Source: Octopus sinensis
Lineage: Eukaryota
Assembly (NCBI RefSeq): GCF_006345805.1
Contig: NC_043012.1
Location: 34,162,001 to 34,226,000 of the forward strand
DNA: 64,000 bases
Direction of reading: 5' to 3'
The stretch's first letter is position 1. Every line of letters begins with the position of its first letter. The position numbers and the translations under genes are program-made. This document shows positions 50,100 to 63,364 of the stretch, in pieces. The notes under the pieces are model-generated. The model saw nothing but the letters and a program-made list of their open reading frames with translations. It searched no databases and was not told the origin of the DNA.

Positions 50100-51700
50100 C
50101 CAAAATTAATTTCCCTGTTACTGGTATACCAGGGTGGAATAAATTGTGAAGTTCTGAAAAGTAACTGTTAGCCTATGTTTTTCTCTGGTACAAATGGCCT
50201 AGAAGACCCGATAGAAACATCGCACCAAATTTGTGAATCACTAGAATGTAGTGGTAATAATCGATGGTCTAAAGAAAATAGCTCTGAATTCCTGAGCTGC
50301 AATAATCCTTCATTGTCGTTCTAATCCGCAGAAATTAATCGCATCACCTAAGTGTAGAGATATAAACACGAGATCATCCATGTGATGCAGAATTTTTAGA
50401 ACCACTGACATGACATATATACACAGTAAATTGTGAAATACAATCAAAGTGTCTAATGTGCAGTGGGGAATATTTGTCCATTTTGGATCATTAATAGCTT
50501 ATGATCAAAATAAATAATAAAGCTTCTTCCTTCCAGGAAATTTATGTTAGTTAGTTAGTTAATTTTTGGCTCAAAAAGTAAAAAGCAAGGCCATGTAGGG
50601 GGACATGGAGTTATGTACAGGGTGGTATTCATGTAAAGAGTTTAGGCCACTTGTGGTCAAGGGAGACTGAACCGAGCGGTCGTCGGCATCTTCACCATCT
50701 CGTCCGGCAGCTTATTCCATGGATCCGCAACCCAGACGGAGAAAGCCCCTCTCCTTCGATTGAGATGAAATCGTCGCAGATAGAGCTTTTTGGAGTGACC
50801 CCGCAGCTGACGCTCTGGAGCAGGAGTGAAGAACAGCTCTTTCGAGAGGTTACACTTTCCGCTTGTGATGTTGTGAGCAAGAATGAGATCACCACGGCGT
50901 CGTCGTTTTTCTAGAGAATAAAGGTCGAGCGTCTTCAGCCTTTCTTCATAAGACAAATTCTTGAGACCAAGAACCATGCGGGTAGCCAGCTTCTGGACTC
51001 TTTTGAGATGCTGTATGTCTTTGGGGAGATAAGGAGAAGCGGTTTGAATCCCGATGAAAGTGTTTTACTGACAAAAAAGCAGCCAGCAATTCTCACCTGA
51101 AGATACTTTATCTTGTTTTGGACGACTACAAACACTTCAAGAAGAAAGGAAGAGGTTGCCAAGAATTCTGGACAAACTGTTGCAACACTCCACCGATTCC
51201 TACGTTAGATGCATCTATCACAAGGGACAAAAGTGCATCTGGTATCGAATGGGCTAATAGGGTGACTTTCGTTAATTTCTCTTTTATGTCGTTAAAATGT
51301 AATTCTGTTGGAAAGATGTTCTCTATTTTCCGTTTACGATTATGCAGTAATTCCGTTAATGGATAAATGGTCTCCGTGCAGTGCAAAATGAACCACCTAT
51401 AAAGCCAAGGACTTTCGCAACTTCCTTTGACAATGTAGGAACAGGGATTTTCATAATCGCATCTACTTTTGCCTTCAATGGCCGGATTCCATCTTTCCGA
51501 TAATATGTCCTAAAAATGTTACTGATGAAATACCAAAAATGGTATTTACTGGAGTCAGTCATTACACCATAGTGTGATAATCTAATAAAACTTCTTCCAA
51601 ATGCAGTTCATGCAGTTCTTTCGTAACACCCGTAATAAATAAGACATCGAAATAAGCAAACACAAAGTGTAAACTGTGACTGACATTTTAAGACACTCAG
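50100..51700 (-). pseudogene. Ty3/Gypsy pol fragment (RT end, RNase H, start of integrase), split by a CR1 insertion
   Basis: DGIRPLKAKVDAI; LLAHSIPDALLSLVIDASNVGIGGVLQQ..WQPLPFF..ELLAAFLSVKHF | FLEGRSFIIYFDHK..DKYSP..IRHFDCISQF..HVSGSKN; IWCDVSIGSSRPFVPE..LHNLFHPG. Confidence 0.9.
50547..51056 (-). mobile_element. 5'-truncated CR1-clade LINE with a (TAAC)n tail
   Basis: GIQTASPYLPKDIQHLKRVQKLATRMVLGLKNLSYEERLKTLDLYSLEKRRRRGDLI..RGHSKKL..WNKLP, an open frame, then 3' UTR and taactaactaac. Confidence 0.9.
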
Positions 51701-52499
51701 AGAGCCCCCAAAAGGTATGTAACGAATAGCTTCTTAGATTCTTAGCCAAGATTCGAAATCTAACCTAGATTTTTCTCGGATTCGTTTCCTATTGCTCTCG
51801 GCTTTTGCACTTGGAAATTTATGAGGGTCAACTATCAACTTGGATAGTTCTATTCTTTAACTGTAACATTTCGAGAATAACTTCGGTCAAGGCAGATAAG
51901 ACATGAAAAATCCTTTGTTTAGCATGACCTAACTTAGAGAAAATATAAATATGGAACCCAAATTCAGTTCTTCCTTTCATTTTGGCCCCGACAGAAGAAG
52001 CACCTCATACGAGGGACTACACAACTTTCACTCTCTCTACTAGTCAACACACCGCCAGAAGTTGTTGTTGACAGACAACAGCAGTAATTTTATTCAGCTG
52101 AATACACGCCATTGATTAGTTGAACTTACCGAAATACGACAACTTTAACACAAAATTACTTTGAAAATACAAACTTTTCTCAACAACACTAAGAGTAAAA
52201 GATATTTTATATGACACATTCAACCAGTGTCTGAAGTTTGAAAGTGTTTAGTTACAAAAAATTAATTTCTTGATCTGCCGTTCAAAAGGTAAAGATCCAA
52301 AACTTGCTCTATGCCGAACACCTGAACTCCATCGTGACAACCCACCTCATTGAAGAAAATAGCAGGAAAAGGCATCCTTAAATAGCTAAAGGTTGGTTCA
52401 AACAGACCACACTTTTCTGGTTGGGCAAGTGGTCTACTTCTGAACTGATCACTCAACCACCTAAGTACTTTGGTTGAGAGCAAATAATATAAATTTTGT

Positions 52500-53760
52500 C
52501 CTATTGTAAAAAAAATGTCTTCAGCAACATTCAATTTGGAACCATTCAAAACAGTTCAGCATCTCTTGATTGGTTGAAAGACATATATTCAGTTTTCTTG
52601 ACATTTGCAGTTCTATTTTAGCAGCTGATGTTTCTATTCTGCTGAGTAGCTGTTGTGGTCAATCTATTTCATTAGATATGAGTGCAGTATCATCTGTGAA
52701 GTCCAGGTCTGTGATGGTTATTGCTGGTACTCTCCATGATCTTTGCTGATCTATGGTAAAACCAAGGTCTTTGTCACTGTTGTCTAAAGCCTGCTGCATT
52801 GCACAATCCAATACAACTGCAGACAGGTAAGGTGCAAGCGTATCTCCTAGTAGCATCCAAGATAATCATCATCATCATCATTTAACATCTGCTTTCTATG
52901 CTAGCATGGGTTGGACGATTTTGACTGAGGGCTGACGAACCAGATGGCTGCACCAGGCTCCAATCTTGATCTGGCAGAGTTTCTACAGCTGGATGCCCTT
53001 CCTAACGCCAACCACTCCGAGAGTGTAATGGGTGCTTTTTAAGTGCCACCAGCACAGGAAAAAGCGGATAAAGAATTCCATTTCTCCGTCAGATGACAAC
53101 ACATGAGCTCTGGTCTTTCCATAGGTTTTTGCAATGACAAGAACAAGTTCTTTAGGAATGCCATATTCTCGAAGGATGTTCAATATTTTGTAATGATGGA
53201 TGCTGTGAAATGCTTTGCTGAAGTCCATGAAGGTTATAATGGCAAGTAGCTGTCTTGATTCAATTCCTTCTACAACATGTCTCAGAGCTAAGATCTGAGA
53301 TGTTGTTGATCTTTCTAGTCTAAATCCATTTTGATTTGCTCTCAGATGACCATCAAGCAACAGTTGAATCCTGCTGAGGACCATTCGGTTGATAACTTTG
53401 AGTGTGGGATATTGGACAGTGCAATTTCTTTGTAGTTACTTTCATTGCTGAGGTTTCCTGATTTTGGGATCAAGTCAATCTTGGACCACTACTCTGGAAT
53501 TCTTTGGTTCTGCAAAATCTTATTCGCAAAATCCAGTATTATTTCATTCAGATTGCACCTCTTCTCTTCTCTCTTTTTATATTCTCTTATATACCATTGT
53601 ATTTTTTTCTTTATTTTCTGCTTATATACACAGGAGTGTGAAAGACTAAGGGAGTAAATCCCTACAGAAAATTCAGAAAGAAGGCCCCTAAGACAGTTGG
53701 TTGGGAGGACTGAGTCAAACCATCTTCTGGCAGCCCCCGGTGTAGAGAAAACTTCCATCC
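52500..53760 (-). pseudogene. Decayed RTE-type LINE RT, interrupted by SINE A
   Basis: NQNGFRLERSTTSQILALR..FMDFSKAFHSIH..GIP and GDTLAPYL..DLDFTDDTALIS. Confidence 0.85.
52866..53066 (-). mobile_element. SINE family A inserted in the RTE RT
   Basis: Flanked by gataa at 52861-52865 and 53067-53071. Confidence 0.85.
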
Positions 53761-54274
53761 ACCAGGTCCCCAGATGGCAGATAGGGGAAAGGCCTTCAGA
53801 TATGAAGGTTAGCTGTGATATAAAAATGAACAGACCTGACCAAACATACCAAGAGTAAACCTCAATGATAAAATATCCCAGTCTTGAATTGCGGGAGTTT
53901 GGTATGTGGGGGATGCAAGCTCAACAAACTAATTTAATGGATCCACACAATTTCTGCCTCAGCAAGGGAGATCCTGTTTCTAATGCAATCTACAGGAGGT
54001 GTGTGGTTGCTGTCAGTATTAAGTTATTGAAAAACCAAAAAGATGGAGACATGCATGATACAAACACGACACATTTCAAGCATACACATTCTTAACTGAA
54101 CAAATGCACACTAACACAAGGCTTCAATTCACACACATACATATAAACATTAGACTTAAACACACCTGCAACAAATGTACAGTAATATGTAGAACTTTGT
54201 GAATAAACACATATCCATATTTTTGGGATGCAAAATGAAAAATTTGAAGACAGATGATACCCACACAGGTACAT

Positions 54275-54693
54275 GGTTTATCTTGCTTCAGTCATGAGAC
54301 TGAGACTATGCTGGGGCACTGCCTTGAAGAATTTTTAGTCGAATGAATTGACCTCAGTTCCTTTTTTAAAAACTGGTACTTATTCTATCGGTCACTTTGC
54401 CGAACCGCTAAGTTACGGGGACGTAAACACACTATCGGGTGTCAAGCGGTGATGTGGGGACAAACACAGATACAAATATATATATATATATATATGTAAA
54501 ATGTGACAGCGTGTGTACCGTTGGCGATTTTTTCCTCCATCTTCCCTTTTCCTATGTTTCTGACGAAGAGCTCTGCTCGAAACGTTAAATCCCCCTTCTT
54601 TCTTTCCTTTCCTGAGCGTCTAATAACACTATACTTGTTCCACGTCCTCGCGTTGTGTTTTCTCTTTGTGTTTTCATGTTTGGATTAACTGTG

Positions 54694-54748
<55 letters not shown>

Positions 54749-54905
54749 CGGGCTTCTTTCAGTTTCCATCTATCAAATCCACTCACAAGGGTTTGATCGG
54801 CCCGAGGTTCTAGTAGACGACACTTGCCCAAGGTGTCACGCAGTGGGACTGAACGAGGAACGATGTAGTTGGGAAGCGTCTTGCCACACGCCTGCGCCTA
54901 CATGC
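54275..54905 (-). mobile_element. SINE family B split by a Penelope-like insertion in its internal microsatellite
   Basis: 3' part at 54275-54480 and 5' part at 54745-54905. Confidence 0.8.
54495..54700 (+). mobile_element. Penelope-like/retrozyme-like fragment with a minimal hammerhead core (54554-54591)
   Basis: ttt-CTGACGA-a-gagc-tct-gctc-GAAA-cgtt-aaat. Palindromic AACGTT stem III as in dimeric minimal hammerheads; stem I is weak. Confidence 0.65.
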
Positions 54906-55289
54906 AAGTAAAATTTTCGGAAGTGAAAAATCAGGCCCTTGTTACCTCTGTAATAAATAATATGAACATTGTATTTAGAAATAATACATTCATGTCGGAT
55001 TATCATGATTCTTATTCAACCTGTTGGCCACGAACCCAGGGCGCTATTTCCCGGCCAATGCCCAGTATCGTAATACAATACACGTATGTGAGTGAATGTA
55101 TTATGCATGCCTGTCTGTGTGTGTTTGAATTAAAATTTGATTACTAAATGATAAATATTAGTTTTAAATATATGAATAGATTTCATACTGAGTACAATCG
55201 TCTTCATTCATCAGTAGAGAGGAGGGAAAGATTCAGGAAAAAAAAAAAAAAGACTAGGAAATAATACGCATAAAAATATGCAGATGTGT

Positions 55290-56020
55290 TTAAAGTACAA
55301 TAAGCATCCAACTACCAGTCTTCAAATGTATTCATTTACATAACTTAAGAGATCAAATTTAACTTCGTTCCAGAGCAAAGGTAAATACAATAAATAAAAA
55401 CTGGAAACAAGTGAATCGGTAACAGCGGCAAAGCATTAACAAACACGTGAGCAATTAGGAAAAAACATTATGAAATTAAAGTTGGTTGGCCAGACTTTGA
55501 ATTGAGCTGATAAAAAAACATTGACCTTGATGTAGTCACGTTTCGCGCACGTGTTTCATAAATTGCGCCTGTGAGCAGCGACCAAGAAACACTATTACTG
55601 AACTCATTAATCTGTTTTACACCTTTTAATTATTTTTTTCTTCTTTGCTACAAATAATATTTTATGCAGTCCATTGAGTACAGACATATGTTTTTTGTGC
55701 AGTGTCGTTTTTACTTTTGTGTAATCATATTTACGAAGAAGATAACATGAAACTTATTTCTAATGTAAGTGACGTCATTACGGAACGGTTAATCTAAAAG
55801 AAGGAATGTTTCTTATTTCGATCTTCTAGGGTAGCTTGGAATTTGTTTTTATTTTTTACGCAGCTGTTAAGAAAAAGTATTAATAATACAAAACAACTAT
55901 AAGTTTCCGCGAACCCTGAGTTTCGTTAATAACAGTTGTTGCTCTCGCTGAAGTCGGTATATTTCCAATGAAGATAAAAAAAAATTACGCAAAACGATAT
56001 ATAAGAACTACAAATATGTA
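55290..56020 (+). repeat. ~0.7-kb dispersed repeat, copy 2
   Basis: See copy 1. No termini or ORF identified. Confidence 0.85.
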
Positions 56021-56029
56021 TAAATTCAC

Positions 56030-56400
56030 GTGTTCGTGATGACAGCACCAGTTACATGCTTTCGTATTGCGTTGTCAGATAAATTCGTTCGTCTCTTACC
56101 TATATATATATATATATATATATCTTTTGGTTTTACATCCCCTCAACAACTTTTGTGTAGCATTTATAAAATTCTAATAAATTTTTACTTTCAGGCATAT
56201 GACGATGACGGGTCAAGAAGTAAATAATGAGCAGTTTTGGCACCTGCTTCTCTTCATTTTCGATCAAGTTTCTCACACAGACAAAGCCACCCGAGGCATT
56301 TATGTCGTGTACGGAGAATATGCTATTACTGGAAGAACTGCACAGATATGGCTTCAACCGTATCGTTCCTGTCAAAAGACCGACCACTTACAATCTCTGT
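56030..56400 (+). pseudogene. mariner transposase N-terminal (HTH) fragment
   Basis: NEQFWHLLLFIFDQVSHTDKATRGIYVVYGEYAITGRTAQIW resembles mariner EHFRHxLLFxFxxGxKAxxAARxICxVYGEGAIxERTAxxW. Confidence 0.85.
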
Positions 56401-57949
56401 TTTGTTTTGTTGTACTTTCGTTACCATCCTCGAACACACTTATTTTTCCTATACTTCTTCGATATTCGCGTGCACTTGTCTACCCTCTGGCAGCTGAAAC
56501 ATGTTGTTTGAAATCGCTGGATACAACAATATCGTTATTGGTATCGAAATTGTTGTATTGACTGCCGGTCTGACAGACCTTTACATAAGTTTGTGCTGTG
56601 TTTTGGTTTTCTCTTTGAAGTTATTCTGGTGTCCTTCTGTTCCACCTTTTCACGCACATATATACACAAACATACATGTATATGAGATTGTGTATGTGTG
56701 TAGAAGAAAAAAAGATACCTACTGATAGGGATACTCACTACTACCAGTAAAATTTAGAAAATTCGTTTGATCAGGTGAAAGTTGAAAACCTTCACTTGAA
56801 CACTTTCACCTGAATAAACTGCCAAGCGAAACTCAAAGTCCATGTCTGAACAAATTTCCTAAGTATGTGTGGGTTTCTGTGTGCATGTGTGTGGGCGCGC
56901 GCAATGTTTGCTTCTGTGAGTATGTATATGCATATTGCATGTATGTGTGTGTATGTACGTGTATGGAATCTTTTCGCTTCATTTTGAAAATCTGCCGGTC
57001 AAAGCGATAAGATCCCGTGTATGTATATTATAGATATGTTACATGACCGTACGCAGTAGAAATCTAGTTCATCTAAATAATATATCGAATCACTGGGAGT
57101 GCACATTTCAACTCGAATTCGGTGCTATGAGTATAATCTATATCAATTAAACAAACGAAACGAATGAACCTTGAACTGGCAGAGTTGATAAAGCGCCAGA
57201 GAAAATAAATATGCCATTTTTCTTAGATGTTTGAGGTCAATTTCGTTATGCACCTTTAGCAATACAGTACCAATCCAGGGTTATGGTTTTGCATTATTGT
57301 CAAAATGTGGGTCGAAATTCCTTACTGCTGTTTACCTTCTGAAGACAACACCAATGATGACAGTACCAACCTTTATCTTAGTGAGAAATTTGAAGGATGT
57401 AAAATTTCTCTGCAAGCGTAGGTCTAAAGATACATAGACTTTAGGTCAATAAGATAGATAGCTGAACCCTGATTTTCTTTCAAGCTTGTTAAAAAGTTCT
57501 AGAATACTCCATGGGACCTTTAGGCGCAAAATTAAACTTTTCTTATTTGTTAACACCTTCAGAAAACTGGCGCCAAAGACGATTGGCTGGAAAAAATGTC
57601 AATAGGTGTTATAAGGGAGTTCAAAGATATAATCAAAATTAGCTCTGGTCAATATTATCAAATATCATTAATCGTTTGTGGATATTATCTCTATTCAACA
57701 TTTTACCGAATATAGTAATATTATTTGCCAGCGGTTTTGACAATCGAACTCAAACATTCCAAACATGCATACAAATACATACGCGTGCGCGCACACACAC
57801 ATACGTTCAGACTAATTCGAAGAAGTAATTTTGTTGCCATAGTCATCATCAAAACATTGGAAAGATGCAGATCTTGTATCAACACTTTCTATCTCCGGGC
57901 CCCACTCCCCTCTTCGATCGGTAGCCCCCTATCTGATCACGCTATCCAG

Positions 57950-58800
57950 TATTGTAGTATGTGTTGACAGGACTATTCCTGCACCACTCTCAGTCAACTC
58001 TGATGTTACCCAGGTTCGGTTCTGACCCTCACTCTTTTCTTTCAAAACCGCAATAACCCACTTAGCGCCACATTCAGCAACGCCCATACTTTGGCTGATG
58101 ATATAGCTCTTCAATCCTTCCTAACTTTCACCGGTTATGCATCATCCACACGCAACCTAAACGCCACACACTAAATCTGCCTGGATTCCATAAACGGAAA
58201 CCTCGAGAGAATTTCCAGTGCAGTGAAACCAATCTTATCCAACTTAAAACCAAATCTCAAGCACTACTCATATGAACAAAACAGACCTACACCATACCTC
58301 CCCGAAAACATAGGCGGCACTCAGCCAGAGCCTTCGCATATGCTCCAAATGTTAGTCCCAACTGAGGATCTCTCTTGGCGAAAGCACCTTACCATAGCTA
58401 GGGCTGCATCCCAAAGACTGGCTCGTCTTTTCAAAGCTAGGAAATATTTCAGTCCCAAACTGCTGCTGATGCTCTTCGAACCTTAAAAGAGGTCCACAAT
58501 AGAATACTTGCTCCCATATTTGGCACGGTGTCGCTGCTATGTTACATATATGTGCTAGTTTGCATCAGAAAAAGGGTCACTCGATTGAGATACAATCACT
58601 AATTGACAGGTTCCAAAATAAAAACACATTGGTGTGTTTTTATTTTCTATATCGCCACCGTAATTATATGTTCCACGGTGCTGGCTCGTCTTGTGCCTCC
58701 GAGACTGCTGACTCACTCGTTGCGACCATTTACCTGGCTCTGCATTTTCTTCTCGCTCAAATGTTTCCTGCAGGTGTTGACCTGTAACAGTTTAAGTAGA
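57950..58800 (+). pseudogene. Decayed CR1/L2-group LINE RT fragment
   Basis: Remnants of VxQGSVL and xADD, plus LSWRKHLTIARAASQRLARLFKARKYFSPKLLLML. Confidence 0.7.
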
Positions 58801-59032
58801 ACATTAACGACTTGCACGGTCAGGAGCGCTATCTCTTCTTTCACCCACACTCCCCCACAAAATACATACAATCTCTAAGGAAAGCAACCACATTAAAACA
58901 CTATCAACTTTTTGAAAAATGGTTCCATGTATTGGATAATGTAGTTTTAAATGAAATAAAACTGCTGGTTGTGGCTAGGTCTTTGATCCTAAGTTTGTTC
59001 GAAGCTAACCAGCGGCTAAACAAGGTAAATGT

Positions 59033-60008
59033 GGTACTACTAGCGAACAGTGGACCCGGTGCGCGCACTCGCGCATCCGCGCTAGCTAGTCGCGACTAGT
59101 TGATCCTACAACGACTACCTAGCAAAGTAAATAAGACACAAAATAAATAATTTTGGCTGTGTGGTAAGTAGCTTGTTTACCAACCACATGGTTCCGGGTT
59201 CAGTCCCACTGCGTGGCACCTTGGGCAAGTGTCTTCTACTATAGCCTCGGGCCGACCAAAGCCTTGTGAGTGGATTTGGTAGACAGAAACTGAAAGAAGA
59301 CCGTAGTATATATGTATATATATGTATGTTTGTGTGTCTGTGTTTGTCCCCCTAGCATTGTTTGACAACCGATGCTGGTGTGTTTATGTCCCCGTCACTT
59401 AGCGGTTCGGCAAAAGAGACCGATAGAATAAGTACTGGGCTTACACAGAATAAGTTCCGGAGTCGAATTGCTCGATTAAAGGCGGTGCACCAGCATGGCC
59501 GCAGTCAAAATGACCGAAACAAGTAAAAAGAGAAAAAGTTGGTCGTGTGGTAAGTAGCTTGCTAACCAACCACATGGTTCCGGGTTCAGTCCCACTGCGT
59601 GGCATCTTGGGCAAGTGTCTTCTGCTATAGCCCCGGGCCGACCAATGCCTTGTGAGTGGATTTGGTAGACGGAAACTGAAAGAAGCCTGTCGTATATATG
59701 TATATATATATAAGTGTGTGTGTATATGTTTGTGTGTCTGTGTTTGTCCCCCTAGCATTGCTTGACAACTGATGCTGGTGTGTTTATGTCCCCGTCACTT
59801 AGCGGTTCGGCAAAAGTGACCGATAGAATAAGTACTGGGCTTACAAGGAATAAGTCCTGGGGTCGATTTGCTCGACTAAAGGCGGTGCTCCAGCATGGCC
59901 GCAGTCAAATGACTGAAACAAGTAAAAGAGTAAAAGAGTATAACTAGCTAGCGCGGATGCGCGAGTACGCGAGTGCGTGCACCGGGACCACTGTTCGCTA
60001 GTAGTACC
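59033..60008. mobile_element. Second copy of the GG-TIR / 8-bp-TSD MITE, carrying two tandem SINE B copies
   Basis: TSD gtaaatgt at 59025-59032 and 60009-60016; SINE B at about 59153-59535 and 59540-59940. Confidence 0.92.
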
Positions 60009-61744
60009 GTAAATGTTAACAGTCACACACAATCATAGTGCGCGACTTTTGATAAACTTTCTCGCAAGTATGTCTAGATGAAAAGAAGAAGAAGGAAAGC
60101 CAGCAAGGCGAAGTCAATTAAATGAATAGGTTGCACTTCCCAGCAGCAGCGTATGTCATCCAGTTTGTAAAACAGAGAAACTCACAACCACTTTCTCTCA
60201 ACACGGACGATGCAACGTGACTTTCACTAAGTCACGTGCTGCCAACCGACGAATCGCGTCGCTCCCTTTCCCTCACTCCGCCAACAGAGTCGCGCTTTTG
60301 CTTTCTCTTTTTTTCAAAGAACATTACCGCATACTTCATGTCGTTTAGGGTGCTTCATCACTATCATCGCTTCCTACACTAACTCAATGGTTTCATATTA
60401 GACTCAATTATTCATTCCTGACCACCGCAGACATTATACAAACAACATACAACGTGCGTGAATGTATGAATGAAGGCTGCAAGTCTAAGCGATAGCAAGA
60501 AGGCAACCGAAAAGCAAGTGCGACGTTGGATATATTGCATTATATTCGGTTTTAGGATTAATTTTTTCCCCTTTCAAATAAGCAGCCAAATCACATCAAC
60601 AATGAGGCGTTTACTACATAATACAATCGGTGACCAGTCTGGGACATAAAGAATATTCGCTTTGGATTATACTTTTATTCACAATCCTAATTCTTTATAT
60701 CCATTGGAATACTTGATCGTTGTTGTTTTCGTGTTCATCTCTCTTTCTATCTAAATTCCCTGCACAATCAATATACACCGCATTATTATCTATTTATTTT
60801 ATATAAATCTCATATACCGTCTACAGCAAGTGTTCAATTACACATATATATATACACATCTATATCTTACATAAAAAATCCATCATCTCAATTATGTCTA
60901 ATGAATCGGGTAAACATGTCATTCATTGGTTTCGCAAAGGGTTGCGCCTTCACGACAACCCGGCGCTAATGGAAGCTTTGAAGGGTGCCACAACTCTTCG
61001 ATGTATTTACACATTGGACCCATGGTTTGCTGGATCCTCGCAAGTTGGAATTAACAAATGGGGGTAAGTTGTTTTTTCAGTGTTGTTAATTTGTCTACCG
61101 AAATGGACGAACCTTAAAAAAAAACGTAAGTTTTGTTGTTGTTGTTTTCGATCGAATACCCCTTTCTTCTGACATTGATTACAATGTACCACCGTTTGTT
61201 AAGGTTGTCATAATATTTCATTAACTTTTTCCCTCGATATTGACAAACTAGTTCATTTTTTTTTAAAGTTAAACTATCAAATTTCGACAGACTTTTGGAA
61301 TCGCGGTTCCTTAAAGTCCCATATTGCTTGCAGAAGGAAAAAGGAGCAAAAATGCGAAAGATTAAAATTTTGGGGAAAAACTATTATTTTTTTTTTTCAG
61401 AATCGCCATTTTCATTGTGTGAAACACTGGAATATTAAAATCATTGTGTAAGGTATAAATAATGATGACTCCAAAACTCTCTCCGCCTGGAGATCATGAC
61501 GCCATTAACATAATACGTTGATCAGGCTTAAAAGTGGTTCCACTTTGATGAATGTACGGGGCATCGGTTTAATTTTGAACAGCATTAGAGAGAGGTCTTA
61601 CAGGTTTTTCGAAATCATATCACTGACATTTTAGCCTGTGTCGGTTGATCTCTGAACGAAATAGAAGTGAGATCCCCAATATGTAATAAAGTGGCTTTCC
61701 TCAATTAACGAAACGAATAAATACGTGGTTACAGGTAAGTTTAA

Positions 61745-62060
61745 AAGGCAACTGGCAGAATCGTTTGCCTCAGAGAAAAAGATTTACATTATTTACTCTG
61801 GTACTTGATGTTCTGAGTTCGAATTTTGTTGGAGTCAACTTTGTCTTTCATCGTTTCGGAGGAATAAATTAAAATGCCAGTGAAGCACTCTGGTCGGTGG
61901 TAAGTTCTGAGTTCAAATTCCGCCGAGGTCGACTTTGCCTTTCATCCTTTCGGGGTCGATAAATTAAGTACCAGTTACGCACTGGGGTCGATATAATCGA
62001 CTTAATCCGTTTGTCCCCTCTGTGTTTAGCCCCTTGTGGGTAGTAAAGAAATAGGTATCG
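61745..62060 (+). mobile_element. Young SINE C (about 61903-62058) within or next to an older SINE C relic
   Basis: Diverged head at 61745-61890 followed by a near-consensus 3' part. Confidence 0.8.
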
Positions 62061-62784
62061 ACTTACCCAAGTCGGTGGAGCTGGACGACAGTCATCCTCA
62101 TCCCCACAGACTGAACTTTCGGAATTTTTTTTGGTGGTGGGGTTTGACTGTCATCCCGCTCCACCCCCAAGCCTAACAATTATTACAGGTAATGTTATTA
62201 TAGGCTTTTATTTTCATTACTTTACACCATCATTAAGTAAGACTAGTTAACTTATGCCATCTTTGTTAAACACAAAACAAAGCAAAATGCATTAAAACTG
62301 TTTACGAAAAGTCAGCGAGCACGGATCACTATTTGAACATTTTCGGAAATGAAAGAAAAAAAAAGTAAAATTAAAAAACTGGATTGTGTCCTTAAAGTAT
62401 TTCGTAATTCAGAAAAGTCAAGTTATTATGCTCGTATCCCGAGGTCCCCTTCCAAAATGACGCCCCGAAGTTTTATGATGCATCTTTCTTCATTTCTGTT
62501 CAGTCTAACAAATTAACAATGATCTCTCTTATATAGCATCCTATTATTATTCTTTTGCACCTGGGATGCCTTAAAGGGAATATGTTGACCATTTTACACT
62601 CTGGCTGTCAGGCGTGGTTAGGTAGTGTCTTAAAGCTTAGGACCTTAGCTACTGATTTATTTTATGCATCTTTTTCCTTTTCTGCTTTCTGGAAACAAAC
62701 AAAAGAAAAACAAAAACAAAACATTGTCTTATATCTGGTATTGACACAAATTATTGAAATAACTTAAGTAGGAGAAATATTTAA

Positions 62785-63364
62785 CACCCGGCAACCAAAA
62801 AGAAAAACAACCCCTAAAAACAAGTGTAATAGGTGTAAAAAAAATGTATTAAACAAATTTGAAAAAAAGTTGCGCCAACGAATCGTGGGGTGGAGAAAGG
62901 ACTTTCGGAAAATTCACAAGATCCGAAGTTTTCCCTCATAGGAAAATGGATATCTTTCAATGAAATTTTATATAAATACCTTTCAAACGGCATAGATTAT
63001 GATTATAAAGAAATTTGCGGGGAAAATGTTTTTCCGAGCAAATGGTGAAAGGACTTTCGAAGAGAAAGATAAATTATTATTTTTTTTTGCTTGAGTGTAA
63101 TGGAAAAAAGTTTTTAAAAAATTTGGTTAATGTTTCCCCATAAATTTCTTTATAATCGTAATATATGTTGTTTGAAAGGTGTTTGTATAAAATTTCATTG
63201 AAGATATCCATTTTCCTAAAAAATTAGGGAAAAAATCGGATCTTGTGAATTTTCCGAAATCCTCTCTCCACCCCCTGATTAGTTGGCGCAAATTTTTGTT
63301 TTCATTTTAGTTTAATACACATTTTCTTTTACCCCCATTACACTTTTCTTTTGGTTGCTGAGTG
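62785..63364. mobile_element. Fold-back MITE with ~200-bp imperfect TIRs and a TTAA TSD (piggyBac-like)
   Basis: TTAA|cacccggcaaccaaaaagaaaa ... ttttcttttggttgctgagtg|TTAA. Inner arms share gaaaattcacaagatccga and ggaaaatggatatctt. Confidence 0.85.

Noticed and set aside
52262-52549. ORF resembling a Tc1 transposase C-terminus
   Set aside because: No convincing SPDLNPIE motif; better explained as an RTE remnant joined to a MITE end.
61460-61530. ATGATGA box-C-like motif
   Set aside because: No properly placed CTGA box D or terminal stem.
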